A model generated the notes under the pieces. That model searched no databases and was not told where the DNA came from. It saw nothing but the letters and a program-made list of their open reading frames with translations. From Candidatus Woesearchaeota archaeon (GTDB taxonomy: Archaea > Nanobdellota > Nanobdellia > UBA10117): DNA of 50,940 nt. The translations under genes and the position numbers were made by a program. The stretch spans positions 1-50,940 of the forward strand of contig CAYGXM010000006.1 of NCBI GenBank assembly GCA_964354105.1, given 5' to 3'. This document shows positions 1 to 9,216 of this stretch, in pieces (position 1 is the first letter of the stretch; each line of letters begins with the position of its first letter).

Positions 1-424
1 CCACCAATTCAAAAACAGAAGTTGCAGCAATTGCACTTCTGATTGCTTTCCTGTTTTCTTTTTTGTTGATTTTTTCCCAGAATATCTTTCCAACTTTTGG
101 CGGGAAAGCTTTGATGCCTTTTACAGTCTGTGCTCCTCTTGCGCCGACCCAGCCGAACTGTTCTCCCCGATGCCACATGACTTTTCTAGCAACTCTGGAA
201 ATTCCCTTTCCATAAGTTCCGCCATACTTTCGCCTTCTTTTTGGCAAAGCTTTTCCTTGCCTCAATCCAGCCTGCGGGTCTGTACCGTAGGCCTGATGTT
301 GTGCAGACATAACAGCCAGGGCAGCCCTCTTAATCAAATCTTCCCTGACAGGCTCTGAAAATTGTATGGGCAAATCTACATCTGAAATTTTTTGCCCTTC
401 AATTGATAATACTGGAACTTTCAT
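1..424 (-). CDS. rpl4: 50S ribosomal protein uL4 (archaeal type), 3' end runs off the window
   Basis: Manual translation from ATG at 424: MKVPVLSIEGQKISDVDLPIQFSEPVREDLIKRA...; directly downstream of rpl3. Confidence 0.93.
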   Translation of the reverse strand, partial: MKVPVLSIEGQKISDVDLPIQFSEPVREDLIKRAALAVMSAQHQAYGTDPQAGLRQGKALPKRRRKYGGTYGKGISRVARKVMWHRGEQFGWVGARGAQTVKGIKAFPPKVGKIFWEKINKKENRKAIRSAIAATSVFELV

Positions 425-426
425 TT

Positions 427-1479
427 TCAACCTTGCTGGCTCCTTACGCTAATGTGTGTGATATCTGGCGCCTGTTCAAATAGAACTCTGCCAGGTCTGA
501 TAGGATGTGTCAGTATAACTAATCTTTTCTTGGCTCCCGGTATTGAACCATCAATCAAAATATAATTGCCTTTAACCAAGCCATATCTGGAAATTCCTGA
601 TGTCGGATTTACATTTGTTGTTTTGACGTCTGAGATCTTGAGAATTTGCTTGTTATAATCTGTTCTTTTATGGAAACCCATCTGGCCGGGCATAGCAATC
701 CACCAGGCAGTTACAGGAGGGGAAATCGGGCCCATTGTTGCCCTGTGTCTTCTTCCGAATTCAGACTTATGCGATGCTAATTTAACTCCGAATCTCTTTA
801 TGTCTCCTTCAAAGCCCTTGCCTTTTGTAATACCATGGACATCAACATACTGGCCTGCCTTGAAAACATCATTAACAGAAATTTCTTTCCCTAAAATAGA
901 ATTTGCATAATCAAACTGCTCCTGAACAGAACCGCCGATTGGAATTTCAAAAACTTCAGGCATCTTTTTGCCGAAGCCGGTCTCATCAGGCTGAGTGTAC
1001 ACTAAAACTCTGACATTGGAAACATCTGGCAATTTTGCCTTTAATTGTTCAAGTGTAAACTTTTTCTTCCCAAGCGAAACTTCTTGTTTCGCTGGGCCCC
1101 GCTGAGCTTCGCTCAGCTTGGGTTTCGGTAAATTTAATCTGCGGGATAATTCCTTATCCAAATGGTCTGCCCAGCATTCTCCAATTGATTTTGTGCCATA
1201 AGGTGTTGCATGATATAGCCTAAGACCCAATACTTTCAGCGGAGGTACTTCTAATATTGTAACTGCCCGCATTATTTCTTCGCCTTTCGTCGGCGATTTT
1301 GGCTTGTTATCAACAATCATTATAGAAATCATCCCTGCTTTGTAGCCTGCAAATCCCAGCAAAGCTGCCTGTTTTGAAGAAGCCCAGTTTTTAATCATAG
1401 GATAAATACGTTTAGCCCGCTTTCGAGGCCACACACTCAGTGAACCTCGTCTTGGTCTCTTTCTTTTGATATGTCCCAT
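427..1479 (-). CDS. rpl3: 50S ribosomal protein uL3 (archaeal type) carrying an 18-aa repeat-derived insertion
   Basis: RPRRGSL..PRKRA, GFAGYKAGM, GITKGKGFEG, GQMGFHKRT motifs. Confidence 0.97.
   Translation of the reverse strand: MGHIKRKRPRRGSLSVWPRKRAKRIYPMIKNWASSKQAALLGFAGYKAGMISIMIVDNKPKSPTKGEEIMRAVTILEVPPLKVLGLRLYHATPYGTKSIGECWADHLDKELSRRLNLPKPKLSEAQRGPAKQEVSLGKKKFTLEQLKAKLPDVSNVRVLVYTQPDETGFGKKMPEVFEIPIGGSVQEQFDYANSILGKEISVNDVFKAGQYVDVHGITKGKGFEGDIKRFGVKLASHKSEFGRRHRATMGPISPPVTAWWIAMPGQMGFHKRTDYNKQILKISDVKTTNVNPTSGISRYGLVKGNYILIDGSIPGAKKRLVILTHPIRPGRVLFEQAPDITHISVRSQQG
1069..1122 (-). repeat. 54-nt twin-hairpin element, copy 1 (in-frame in rpl3)
   Basis: CCCAAGCTGAGC-GAA-GCTCAGC-GGGGCCCA-GCGAAAC-AAGAA-GTTTCGCTTGGG; homologous to 9485-9538 and 19993-20044. 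Confidence 0.9.
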
Positions 1480-1584
1480 TTCTACCTATCTGTAAAAACC
1501 TGCGAAAAGCTCTGGCGCCTCAGCGCTGCCCATTTTCTTCAGGTATATCGTAAAATCACTCAAAAAGTTGATTTTTAAAACTAT

Positions 1585-2337
1585 CTAATAGGGATTCTGC
1601 TCCAAATCATATATTTTTGCCTCCAATATCACTTCAGAAGGCACTGTTGTCAGCTGATATTTCTTGCTTCCCACGTAGAAAGGCCTTCGTTCTAACCAGC
1701 CGTTTTTATCAAATAATTCATAACGTTCCAGCAAAAAGGAATCAAGTGCATCTTTTAATTTAAAATTTTCCAGCTGCTTGGTGAATACAGATAAGCTGGA
1801 CCAACCCTTGGGTGGCAATTTCATAACATATTCATTTCCCAATTCTGCTAAACGATTCAATTCGCCAATAGCAGAAGAACTAAGTCGCTGTTCAATTTTG
1901 TTTATTGACTTAAGATTCGCAAAAGCTATGTAAAAATTCGTTCCTCTAACTACATAGTTTTTAGTTTCGCCTTTGGCAATCGGTGCAGTTATTCTTTTTA
2001 TTAAATGTTCGCGAAGCAGATTCTGGCAATTCCCGACAAGATAATAATCCATTTTGCTGTCGTGCGCCTGACAGCGAGGTTTTTCCGGCTTGTGTGTATT
2101 AGTCGGGCACTTCATTCTTATCGTGCCTATATCTGACAAATAAGTATCAAGTCTGGCATCTGGGTGCTCCGGACAGTATCCAACAGGATAAGTTTCGTTG
2201 CCTTTCTTGCAGACAAACTGAGCATCTTCAAAGATCCACCAAAAATCCCCAAAGTTTTTACTTAAAGAAGGCTCATTCTTTTCGAGCCAGCGACTAAACA
2301 TCATTTCCAGGCCAACTGTGTTTTCAGCATCTGCCAT
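1585..2337 (-). CDS. hypothetical protein with Cys/His clusters (possible Zn binding)
   Basis: Long ORF; CPEH, CPTNTH, CQAH motifs; start placed at ATG 2337 just after the upstream ORF stop. Confidence 0.65.
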   Translation of the reverse strand: MADAENTVGLEMMFSRWLEKNEPSLSKNFGDFWWIFEDAQFVCKKGNETYPVGYCPEHPDARLDTYLSDIGTIRMKCPTNTHKPEKPRCQAHDSKMDYYLVGNCQNLLREHLIKRITAPIAKGETKNYVVRGTNFYIAFANLKSINKIEQRLSSSAIGELNRLAELGNEYVMKLPPKGWSSLSVFTKQLENFKLKDALDSFLLERYELFDKNGWLERRPFYVGSKKYQLTTVPSEVILEAKIYDLEQNPY

Positions 2338-2339
2338 AA

Positions 2340-2597
2340 TTACCCTTCGATTCCGCGGTATTTCTGTCTTTGTTTGGCCAATTGAATTATATAATCTGGA
2401 CAATTAATAGCTTTTGATGCCGAGCAATAGACAATGCCGTCATTATACGGAATTTTGCAGGGCTTAATTTCTGGGATAACATCTTCTACAGGCGGAACTC
2501 TGCAGACTATCCTATCTTCTAAGTCATCTGTGATTCTTTTTTCTTGCATGAGCATAAGTTTCCGGCCGATCTCGGCCCCGACCGGAAGGAGGCACAT
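2340..2597 (-). CDS. small Cys-rich hypothetical protein
   Basis: Tightly packed between ORFs 2600-2842 and 1585-2337 (2-nt gaps). Confidence 0.55.
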   Translation of the reverse strand: MCLLPVGAEIGRKLMLMQEKRITDDLEDRIVCRVPPVEDVIPEIKPCKIPYNDGIVYCSASKAINCPDYIIQLAKQRQKYRGIEG

Positions 2598-2599
2598 GG

Positions 2600-2842
2600 C
2601 TACTGGCCACTTAAAAATTCGCCGAGCATGAGTTTTTCCTGCCTTGTCCAGGCAGTTTCGAACGGAGGATAAAAGTCCAGCTTTGCTAGTTTTTTCGTGA
2701 AGTCAATCATGCGCATTGCCCCTTTTGCCATGATTGGCACTTTGACTTTTTTGCGCACAATGCTTTTCAGCAAGGCATAGTATTTTTTCGCTTGACTTTC
2801 TTCGTCAAGATTAAACAACTGTATCCCCCTAAGCGCTTTCAT
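2600..2842 (-). CDS. hypothetical protein
   Basis: First ORF of a 3-gene unit divergent from an Lrp regulator. Confidence 0.55.
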   Translation of the reverse strand: MKALRGIQLFNLDEESQAKKYYALLKSIVRKKVKVPIMAKGAMRMIDFTKKLAKLDFYPPFETAWTRQEKLMLGEFLSGQ

Positions 2843-2855
2843 TTTGAAATGCTAT

Positions 2856-2872
2856 ACTTACGATATGTAAGT
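2856..2872. promoter_or_regulatory. inverted repeat ACTTAC-N5-GTAAGT, candidate operator in the divergent promoter
   Basis: Perfect 6-bp IR between the 3-gene unit and the Lrp/AsnC gene, next to TATA-like TATAAA. Confidence 0.4.
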
Positions 2873-2969
2873 TTCTGATATATAAAGGTTTCTCTTCGCA
2901 ATTAAACACTTACAAATAGTGATTTTGCAGCGATTAGCTTTTAAATTTGAGCCTCTCTAATTTACTGTA

Positions 2970-3428
2970 ATGTTAGATGCTGTTGATGTAAAAATTATTT
3001 CTAAACTTGCACAAAATGGTCGCATCTCTCTTACTGAATTAGCATCGGGTACAAATCTATCCAGGGTTGCGATTGCAAACAGGATTGATAGGCTAATGGC
3101 GGCAAATGTCTTGAAAGTCTCTGCTCTTGTAAATCTAGAAAAATTAAATTACCAGACATTGATAGTTGAACTGCAGGTTGACAAGCCAAAAATCCCGCAA
3201 TTCCGAAAATTAATTTCCACAGAATCTAAAGTTCTGCAATGTTTTGAGATTGCCGGGCAGTTTAATTTTATGCTGGTTTGCGCTGCACAAAATAACAGTC
3301 ATCTTAGAATATTCATAGAAGACACCCTGAAAAAATTCTGCAAGGACTGCAAAGTCATACTAAGCTCGAATCCTGCTCATCCTGAATTTGTTCATTTGAA
3401 AGATATGGGAGGCTTAAAATGGCAATAG
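2970..3428 (+). CDS. Lrp/AsnC family transcriptional regulator
   Basis: MLDAVDVKIISKLAQNGRISLTELA HTH; C-terminal RAM-like domain (CFEIAGQFNFML). Confidence 0.88.
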   Translation: MLDAVDVKIISKLAQNGRISLTELASGTNLSRVAIANRIDRLMAANVLKVSALVNLEKLNYQTLIVELQVDKPKIPQFRKLISTESKVLQCFEIAGQFNFMLVCAAQNNSHLRIFIEDTLKKFCKDCKVILSSNPAHPEFVHLKDMGGLKWQ

Positions 3429-3760
3429 GATTTCCACCACACATGTTTGCAACTCTGGATATATTAGCCTTGATTTTCCTAGGCATATCCTTCTTTTTGA
3501 CATTTAAGCTGAGAAAATTGATGGGGGAAGGCAAGGATACGGCCCCGATAAAATTACTGACTGCAACAATAGCAATAATTTTTGTCTTAGGCGCATCGCT
3601 GCTTGCTGCAATTTATGAAAAATCAATCGGCGGATATGTAAATTATGCGAGAATCGCTGACTTCATGATGTTTATAATAGGCCTGATACTAACAGTATCA
3701 GTCTACAAGATTTACAAAGACTACAAACATTTGATAAAAAAGCACGAGCCTAATCTTTAA
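3419..3760 (+). CDS. small membrane protein (3 predicted TM helices)
   Basis: Three hydrophobic stretches; overlaps the Lrp stop. Confidence 0.7.
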   Translation: MAIGFPPHMFATLDILALIFLGISFFLTFKLRKLMGEGKDTAPIKLLTATIAIIFVLGASLLAAIYEKSIGGYVNYARIADFMMFIIGLILTVSVYKIYKDYKHLIKKHEPNL

Positions 3761-4278
3761 TCTTTCCAATTTGCTAAAAGGTTTATATCTTCTTCCGTTA
3801 TTCCTGCGTCATCCAAAACTTTCAACAAAAGGTCCTTGTCTTTTTCCATTATCTTGCCTAATATTGCATTTTGAATATTTATCACCTTATTCGCAGTCTC
3901 AACAGTGGCATATGTTTCCCTCAATTGATCTTCATACTTTTTGTTCAAGTCTGCTTTAATCATCGCTATTCTCTCTTCTTCTATTTTTCTTGCTTCTATT
4001 AGAAATTCTTCGCGCACTTTTCCAAGTTCTCTTTGTATAAGACCCTCTTCCAAATCCTTGCGAATTTCAAGTGATCTTGTAAGTGATGGGGCAGGTGGCA
4101 CTTTTCCCATAATATTGGCAGTAGCTGCACGTTCTTGCCAATTAGATTCGATTTGGTGAAAGTATTTGTCCACTAATGGGTTCTTTGGTCCTGCAGAAGG
4201 CAAATAAGGTTGAATATTCTGCCCATTTGTTGCAGGAGGCGTATAGTTTTCCTGCCCGCTATTTTGGTTCTGATACAT
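3757..4278 (-). CDS. hypothetical coiled-coil protein
   Basis: 173-aa ORF, low-complexity N-terminus, E/K-rich helical C-terminus. Confidence 0.65.
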   Translation of the reverse strand: MYQNQNSGQENYTPPATNGQNIQPYLPSAGPKNPLVDKYFHQIESNWQERAATANIMGKVPPAPSLTRSLEIRKDLEEGLIQRELGKVREEFLIEARKIEEERIAMIKADLNKKYEDQLRETYATVETANKVINIQNAILGKIMEKDKDLLLKVLDDAGITEEDINLLANWKD

Positions 4279-4337
4279 GCTAATATAGCTAAAAAAAGTA
4301 GTATTAAAACTTTATGCCTCTGGAAAAAAAGAGAAAA

Positions 4338-5851
4338 TTAGCCCTTTACATTGCCGCAAGGCTTGAATAGGCAGACCTTCTTTGATACGCCTGCAATGTC
4401 CATAGTATCAACGACTTCATTTATGCTTTTGTAAGCCAAGCCAGCCTCTTCAGCCAATCCTGACATCGACACAGTTCTTACATAGATCCCTTCCTTTTCC
4501 ATCTTTTTCTGCAAATCTGTGCCATAGACTTGCCTTTTTGCAGCTGCTCTTGACATTGTTCTTCCAGAACCATGCATTGTACTTCCAAATGTCAGCTCGT
4601 CTGCTTCATCTGTTCCAACGCATAAGTATGAGCCTGTTTCCATGCTTCCGCCAATGATAACTGGCTGACCGGTTTCCCTGTAAATCTTTGGCAGTTCTTT
4701 TCTTGCAGGTCCGAAACACCTTGTTGCTCCCTTCCTGTGCATCACAACTTCTTTTTTATGCCCGTCAATTTTATGCTCTTCAACTTTTGCGATGTTGTGT
4801 GCTACATCATAAATCAGATGCATGCCCAATTTTTCTGCATCCTGTCCAAATACTTGCGAGAAGCCTTCTCTAATCCTATGTAAAATAAGCTGGCGGTTGG
4901 CAAAGCCGTAATTTGCAGCGCAGTTCATGGCTGCAAAATAATCCTGTGCCTCTTTTGATTTAAACGGAGCACAAGCTAATTCTTCATCTCTGACTTTAAG
5001 GCCCCACTCAGGCATTTTATGCCTAAATACATTAACATAATCTGTACATATTTGATGTCCAAACCCTCTGCTACCACAATGTACCATTACAACAATCTGG
5101 TTTTCAAACAAGCCGAATTTCTTTGCAATTTGCTTGTCAAAAATATTTTTTGCTTCTATTAATTGAACTTCAAGATAATGATTTCCGCTTCCTAATGTTC
5201 CAAGTTCTGGGGCGCCTCTCTTTATCGCTTTTGGACTTACTTTTGAAGGGTCTGCTCCTTCTATTCTGCCGTAATCTTCAATCCTGTCCTTGTCTTCTGC
5301 CCAGCCATATCCATTTTTGATGCACCACTGGGCGCCATCTATCATTACATCTTTGTGCTGCTTCTCATTTAGCTTGACAAAACCATGTGCACCTACGCCT
5401 GCAGGAACAGTTTTGAAGAGATGGTCAATTAATTGTTTCAGTTTTGGCTTGACTTCGTCTATTGTCAAATCAGTCCTGACTAAACGCATTCCGCAATTAA
5501 TATCATAGCCTATTCCACCCGGACTTATGATTCCACTATCTAAGTCAAAAGCAGCAACCCCGCCTATTGGGAAGCCATAGCCCCACTAGTCTCTCTTGGG
5601 CCTTAAGAGAAGTGAGCGTCGGGCATGGCCATCGCCGCCTTTTGTATTCCAGGCAAACAAGCCACATTGCTTATCTGTTCAAAGACCGCTAAATCCATTT
5701 GCCCCAGCAGTTTCTCTGTTGCAAATATTCGCGCAGGCACCTGCATAGCAGGAACATCTTTCTTGTAATCTGGAGATATCTCCCAAATTACTTCTGAAAT
5801 GCGCTTTAGCGGCGGCCTTTGTGTTGGTATTTGTATCATGGGCCCCAGCAT
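4338..5851 (-). CDS. rtcB: RtcB tRNA-splicing ligase, split by a 26-nt candidate intron: join(5612..5851, 4338..5585), 495 aa (491 aa from ATG 5839)
   Basis: Exon 1 ends ...LPGIQKAAMAMPDAH; exon 2 reads WGYGFPIGGVAAFDLDSGIISPGGIGYDINCGMRLVRT... and continues with GTLGSGNHYLE, HCGSRGFGH, YDVAHN, HRKGATR, STMHGSGR motifs, all intact. Confidence 0.93.
5586..5611 (-). other. candidate bulge-helix-bulge mRNA intron in rtcB (26 nt)
   Basis: TTCTCTTAAGGCCCAAGAGAGACTAG; 6-bp stem TCTCTT/AAGAGA; two 3-nt bulges AC|U and AG|U around a 4-position helix GCUC/GACU; removal gives CAC|TGG. Confidence 0.75.
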
Positions 5852-5878
5852 TTAGCATTAAACGAACATTTTAAGCTT

Positions 5879-7114
5879 TTAGTTATAAGCAGGATCGCTG
5901 GGGGTTTTCCTGAGCCTTCTTTCAATGGCATCTAAATCACACATGTATTTATTTTTTTGTTCCAAGTCAAATTTATCATCATCATTTGCAGGCGTACAAT
6001 GCGATTTTAGCATGTAAACTGTCGCTAAATTTATGTAGTTACTTAAGTGGCCAACAGTATTTTTTACCAAAATTTTTGCTTCCTCGCCTTTGGCGGCTCT
6101 TGCAATGCCTTCTAAGGTTTCGACAATTTTACGCTCGCCTAAAATACCATTCACATAACTTACAGTTTGCCAAAAGTCCTCGCAGACTTCTTCTTTCAAC
6201 ATATTTTTGAACTCTTCTTCTACTTTTTTCTTGCAGTAGTTGCTTTTTGCATATTTTTTATATTTTCCAATTAATTTCTTATTTTCTTCAAGCTCATCAA
6301 ACCGCTCTATTGGATAAATAAGCTCTTTAAGAACAGGCCAGAACATTTTTGCTTTTTCTTTATTTGTGGCTTCATGCTCAAATCTTTTGAAAATATCATT
6401 CAGATACAAGTACGTGCAAAAACCTGGTTCAAAATTAGGATTATTTTCTATTGTCTTTATGACAAAGTCTTTGTTGAGAAGATGTGTATGGTTCAAAAAT
6501 TCACAAAATGATTCATAGAGCCATCTCTGAGATTTTTCCGTATTATGATGTTGGCTGGAAAGGCTGTAAGAAAATTCTTTTGAATTTTCCACGAAATTTG
6601 TAAAAGCTAATCTTATACACTGTTCCAAGTCTTGCACCGAAACAAGGTGTTTTAGCTTTGATTTTGGATTTGTTACAACATCATGGAGTAATTCATAAGG
6701 ACCATAGATATTGTGGCGGCTCTCCGGATCTCCCCATCTGTAAACATGCGGGTCAAAACATTGCTCTATTGCGATCTTTCCCAGATTGTCTCTAGTTTCT
6801 TTCTTTTCATCTGGAATCATATCTATATGTGTGAATGCGTGCCAATATGAACCTCTGTAAAGTTCATTAGCTGCAGCATAAGTATGATATGAATCAGCAG
6901 GTATGCCTTCTGGACTAAGTCCGATAATAATGCTATCCGCAACTTCTGCAGGCTTTTTAGTGGCTATATCTTTGGCTAAAAGTTCTGCTTGGAATTCGGT
7001 CCAAGGCTTTTCCTCTAGTTTTTTAATTACTATTGGAGCGATATGTGGCTGTTCAATTGCGAGAATATCTTCAAGCTCTTGAGCATGCGGCATTCCAGTA
7101 GCGCCAATAACCAT
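5879..7114 (-). CDS. hypothetical protein
   Basis: 411-aa ORF, no recognisable motif. Confidence 0.7.
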   Translation of the reverse strand: MVIGATGMPHAQELEDILAIEQPHIAPIVIKKLEEKPWTEFQAELLAKDIATKKPAEVADSIIIGLSPEGIPADSYHTYAAANELYRGSYWHAFTHIDMIPDEKKETRDNLGKIAIEQCFDPHVYRWGDPESRHNIYGPYELLHDVVTNPKSKLKHLVSVQDLEQCIRLAFTNFVENSKEFSYSLSSQHHNTEKSQRWLYESFCEFLNHTHLLNKDFVIKTIENNPNFEPGFCTYLYLNDIFKRFEHEATNKEKAKMFWPVLKELIYPIERFDELEENKKLIGKYKKYAKSNYCKKKVEEEFKNMLKEEVCEDFWQTVSYVNGILGERKIVETLEGIARAAKGEEAKILVKNTVGHLSNYINLATVYMLKSHCTPANDDDKFDLEQKNKYMCDLDAIERRLRKTPSDPAYN

Positions 7115-7164
7115 GCAAAACTTTGGTCAGAAAGTGATTTAAGCTTTTGGCTGGCGGCTAGAAT

Positions 7165-7785
7165 ATGCATCGCAAAAAACTAAAAGAATTAATCAACAAA
7201 GGCATCTCTGATAAGCCTTTAATGCTGCACGGAACAGGACTAGCTAGCCTGCTAAAACTTAATGAAACAGGCATCTTACCTACTGGAAGGCTTCCAGAAA
7301 AAGCAACTAAAAATTATTTGCATTTTGCGCCAGTACAGAAAAAATTTGCAGAAACGAAATTTTATAATGAACTTAGGGGCTGCGCCCATAATTGGGCACT
7401 CTGCACAGCTAGAGAATATGCCCGCATGCATGCACAGGATGAATACATTACTAAAGAGCTAATATCTGCAGGCATTAATCCTAAATACGCAGATCAGCTC
7501 ACATTTGAATTTGTCTACGGAATTAATTCTATGGTGCCTAAACAAGAAAGGCAGAGAGCATTGAAATTAGGAGATCATTGGTGGTCCAAAACATATTCCA
7601 TAGCTAATAAGATAAATAATGGCATTATAATTGAAGCAAACGAATCCATTCTAGAATTAAAATTAAGCATAGATCCTGATGGTGATGGATTAAGAGTATT
7701 CTGCCCAAATGGCCTATATATCAAATATATCCAAGGAATAAAGTTATTGGAGCCAGAAGGAAAAAGAATTTTCAACGGTATCTAA
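7165..7785 (+). CDS. hypothetical protein, possible ADP-ribosyltransferase-like fold
   Basis: N-terminal LMLHGT...GILP resembles strand 1 of H-type ART folds; weak. Confidence 0.55.
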   Translation: MHRKKLKELINKGISDKPLMLHGTGLASLLKLNETGILPTGRLPEKATKNYLHFAPVQKKFAETKFYNELRGCAHNWALCTAREYARMHAQDEYITKELISAGINPKYADQLTFEFVYGINSMVPKQERQRALKLGDHWWSKTYSIANKINNGIIIEANESILELKLSIDPDGDGLRVFCPNGLYIKYIQGIKLLEPEGKRIFNGI

Positions 7786-8285
7786 TTTTTAATTCTCTTA
7801 TTGAGATAAGGCGAAAAATGGTTTTTGTATCTTTTTTGCAAATCCTTTAGCTTCCAGTCATTTCCTGTAATAATTTTCCTGCAAAACTTTGATTTGCAAT
7901 TACACTCCATTTTCCAATAAGGCCTAGAAATCCACGTTCCATAATCTGCGGTCAGCTCTTCGTCTTTCTTAATATCATGTTTTGCGATAAGTGTCACTTC
8001 GTCTTTTAGCCAAAGGTTCGGATTGCACGAATGATTTAGAAAATCAACGTTATCAGATTCACCAGGTTTGCCTGCAATGTAAAGCCCTTCTCCAATTTCC
8101 ACGCTACTGCCTTTTTGATATTCACCTTTAGCTATTTCTTTTTTAGTTAGAACTGTCCCTCCAAAAACAATGACTTTTTCTCCTTTTTTAATAGGCTTTT
8201 TAGTGAATAAGCCTTTTCCACCTAAAGAGGAAGAATGTACTTCAACTCTTGAATCCAGCCAGGATTCAGATTTGTATTTTTTCAT
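7782..8285 (-). CDS. SET domain protein (lysine methyltransferase-like) with post-SET Cys motif
   Basis: GKGLF, FLNHSCNPN, EELTADYG, CNCKSKFCR. Confidence 0.92.
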   Translation of the reverse strand: MKKYKSESWLDSRVEVHSSSLGGKGLFTKKPIKKGEKVIVFGGTVLTKKEIAKGEYQKGSSVEIGEGLYIAGKPGESDNVDFLNHSCNPNLWLKDEVTLIAKHDIKKDEELTADYGTWISRPYWKMECNCKSKFCRKIITGNDWKLKDLQKRYKNHFSPYLNKRIKN

Positions 8286-8289
8286 GAAC

Positions 8290-8736
8290 TTAAATATCAA
8301 TTACAACCTGTGCTCTCCAGCCTTTGCCTTTCTTTTGCAATTCAAACATATGCCAGGTTGCTGCCTTCGCATCTGCCAGAAGCTTGTGCTTTTTCCAGTC
8401 TATTTTATCTCCAGAGATTTCTGCAGTTAATTTCCAAAGCTTGTCTTTTTGTTCAACTTTAACCTTGAACTTTGAGAATATCATTGAATCTGCATCCTTG
8501 TAATATATTATTTCATTTAAGAAATCAACGAGCAAATTATTCAACTCTGCATTCTGTAGTTTAAATACTTTCTTTATTTTAGCTGAAACAGTTTTTGTAT
8601 CAACCATTGTTTCATTCAAAGCGAGAGCTGAATTCTGGAAAAGTTCATTTAGATTCTTGCCAAAGGCTTCAAATGCTATGTCTGCTGTTACAAGCTTTTC
8701 AAGGAAATTAAATTTGCCTGATTTCGCTTTCGCCAT
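8290..8736 (-). CDS. archease (RtcB activating cofactor)
   Basis: TADIAFEAFGKNLNELF, KAATWH, C-terminal VVIDI. Confidence 0.93.
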   Translation of the reverse strand: MAKAKSGKFNFLEKLVTADIAFEAFGKNLNELFQNSALALNETMVDTKTVSAKIKKVFKLQNAELNNLLVDFLNEIIYYKDADSMIFSKFKVKVEQKDKLWKLTAEISGDKIDWKKHKLLADAKAATWHMFELQKKGKGWRAQVVIDI

Positions 8737-8790
8737 GTTGTTGAGCCCAAAATCAGCTTTAAAAAGGCTTTCTTACTATGTTAAAGTTAT

Positions 8791-8915
8791 GCCGGCGTGG
8801 CAGAATCCGGTCCTCAGCAAGCGTAGCTTGGCTATGTTTATGATGGGAAAATAATGCGTACGCCTTGAGAGCGTATGTCCGCAAGGACTTCCAGGTTCAA
8901 ATCCTGGCGCCGGCG
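8791..8915 (+). tRNA. tRNA-Ser(TGA) with ~41-nt D-loop intron (8811..8851)
   Basis: Acceptor GCCGGCG/CGCCGGC plus G73; anticodon stem TACGC/GCGTA with loop CTTGAGA; long variable arm; GGTTCAAATCC T-arm; extra sequence after G18G19. Confidence 0.9.
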
Positions 8916-8956
8916 CTTCTGAAAAGCTTTATAAAACATCAAAAAAGCTGAGACTT

Positions 8957-9205
8957 ATGCCAAGTCATACTAAAAAGGTTGGATCAGCTGGCCGTTTTGG
9001 CGCCAGATATGGCCTTAGAATAAGAAAGAAGGTCACAGAAATTGAATCTGTGCAGAAACAGAAGCACAAGTGCCCTGTTTGCTTCAAGTTTGCTCTCAAA
9101 AGACTGTCTGCTGGCATCTGGCAGTGCAATTCGTGCAGTACTAAATTTGCCGGAAAAGCTTATGAACCGGGATTAGAGAAGCCGTTACAAGTCCAGGAGG
9201 TTTAA
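8957..9205 (+). CDS. rpl37ae: 50S ribosomal protein eL43 (L37Ae)
   Basis: [19 protein letters not shown]...GIWQC..C. Confidence 0.96.
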   Translation: MPSHTKKVGSAGRFGARYGLRIRKKVTEIESVQKQKHKCPVCFKFALKRLSAGIWQCNSCSTKFAGKAYEPGLEKPLQVQEV

Positions 9206-9216
9206 AATAAACGAAT

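Noticed and set aside
1069-1122. rpl3 and pcc1 inserts as BHB introns
   Set aside because: I could not build exon-exon pairing or a 3-4-3 bulge-helix-bulge at their boundaries; both preserve the frame, so translation as loops is the simpler reading.
4338-5851. rtcB as a frameshifted pseudogene, intein-containing gene or programmed frameshift
   Set aside because: The lesion is a discrete 26-nt structured insertion, there is no intein sequence or slippery run, and all catalytic motifs are intact. A pseudogene or assembly error cannot be fully excluded without reads.
8657-8854. 65-aa ORF over archease and tRNA-Ser, and the many other short antisense ORFs in the track
   Set aside because: They overlap well-supported genes on the opposite strand or RNA genes and show no motifs.
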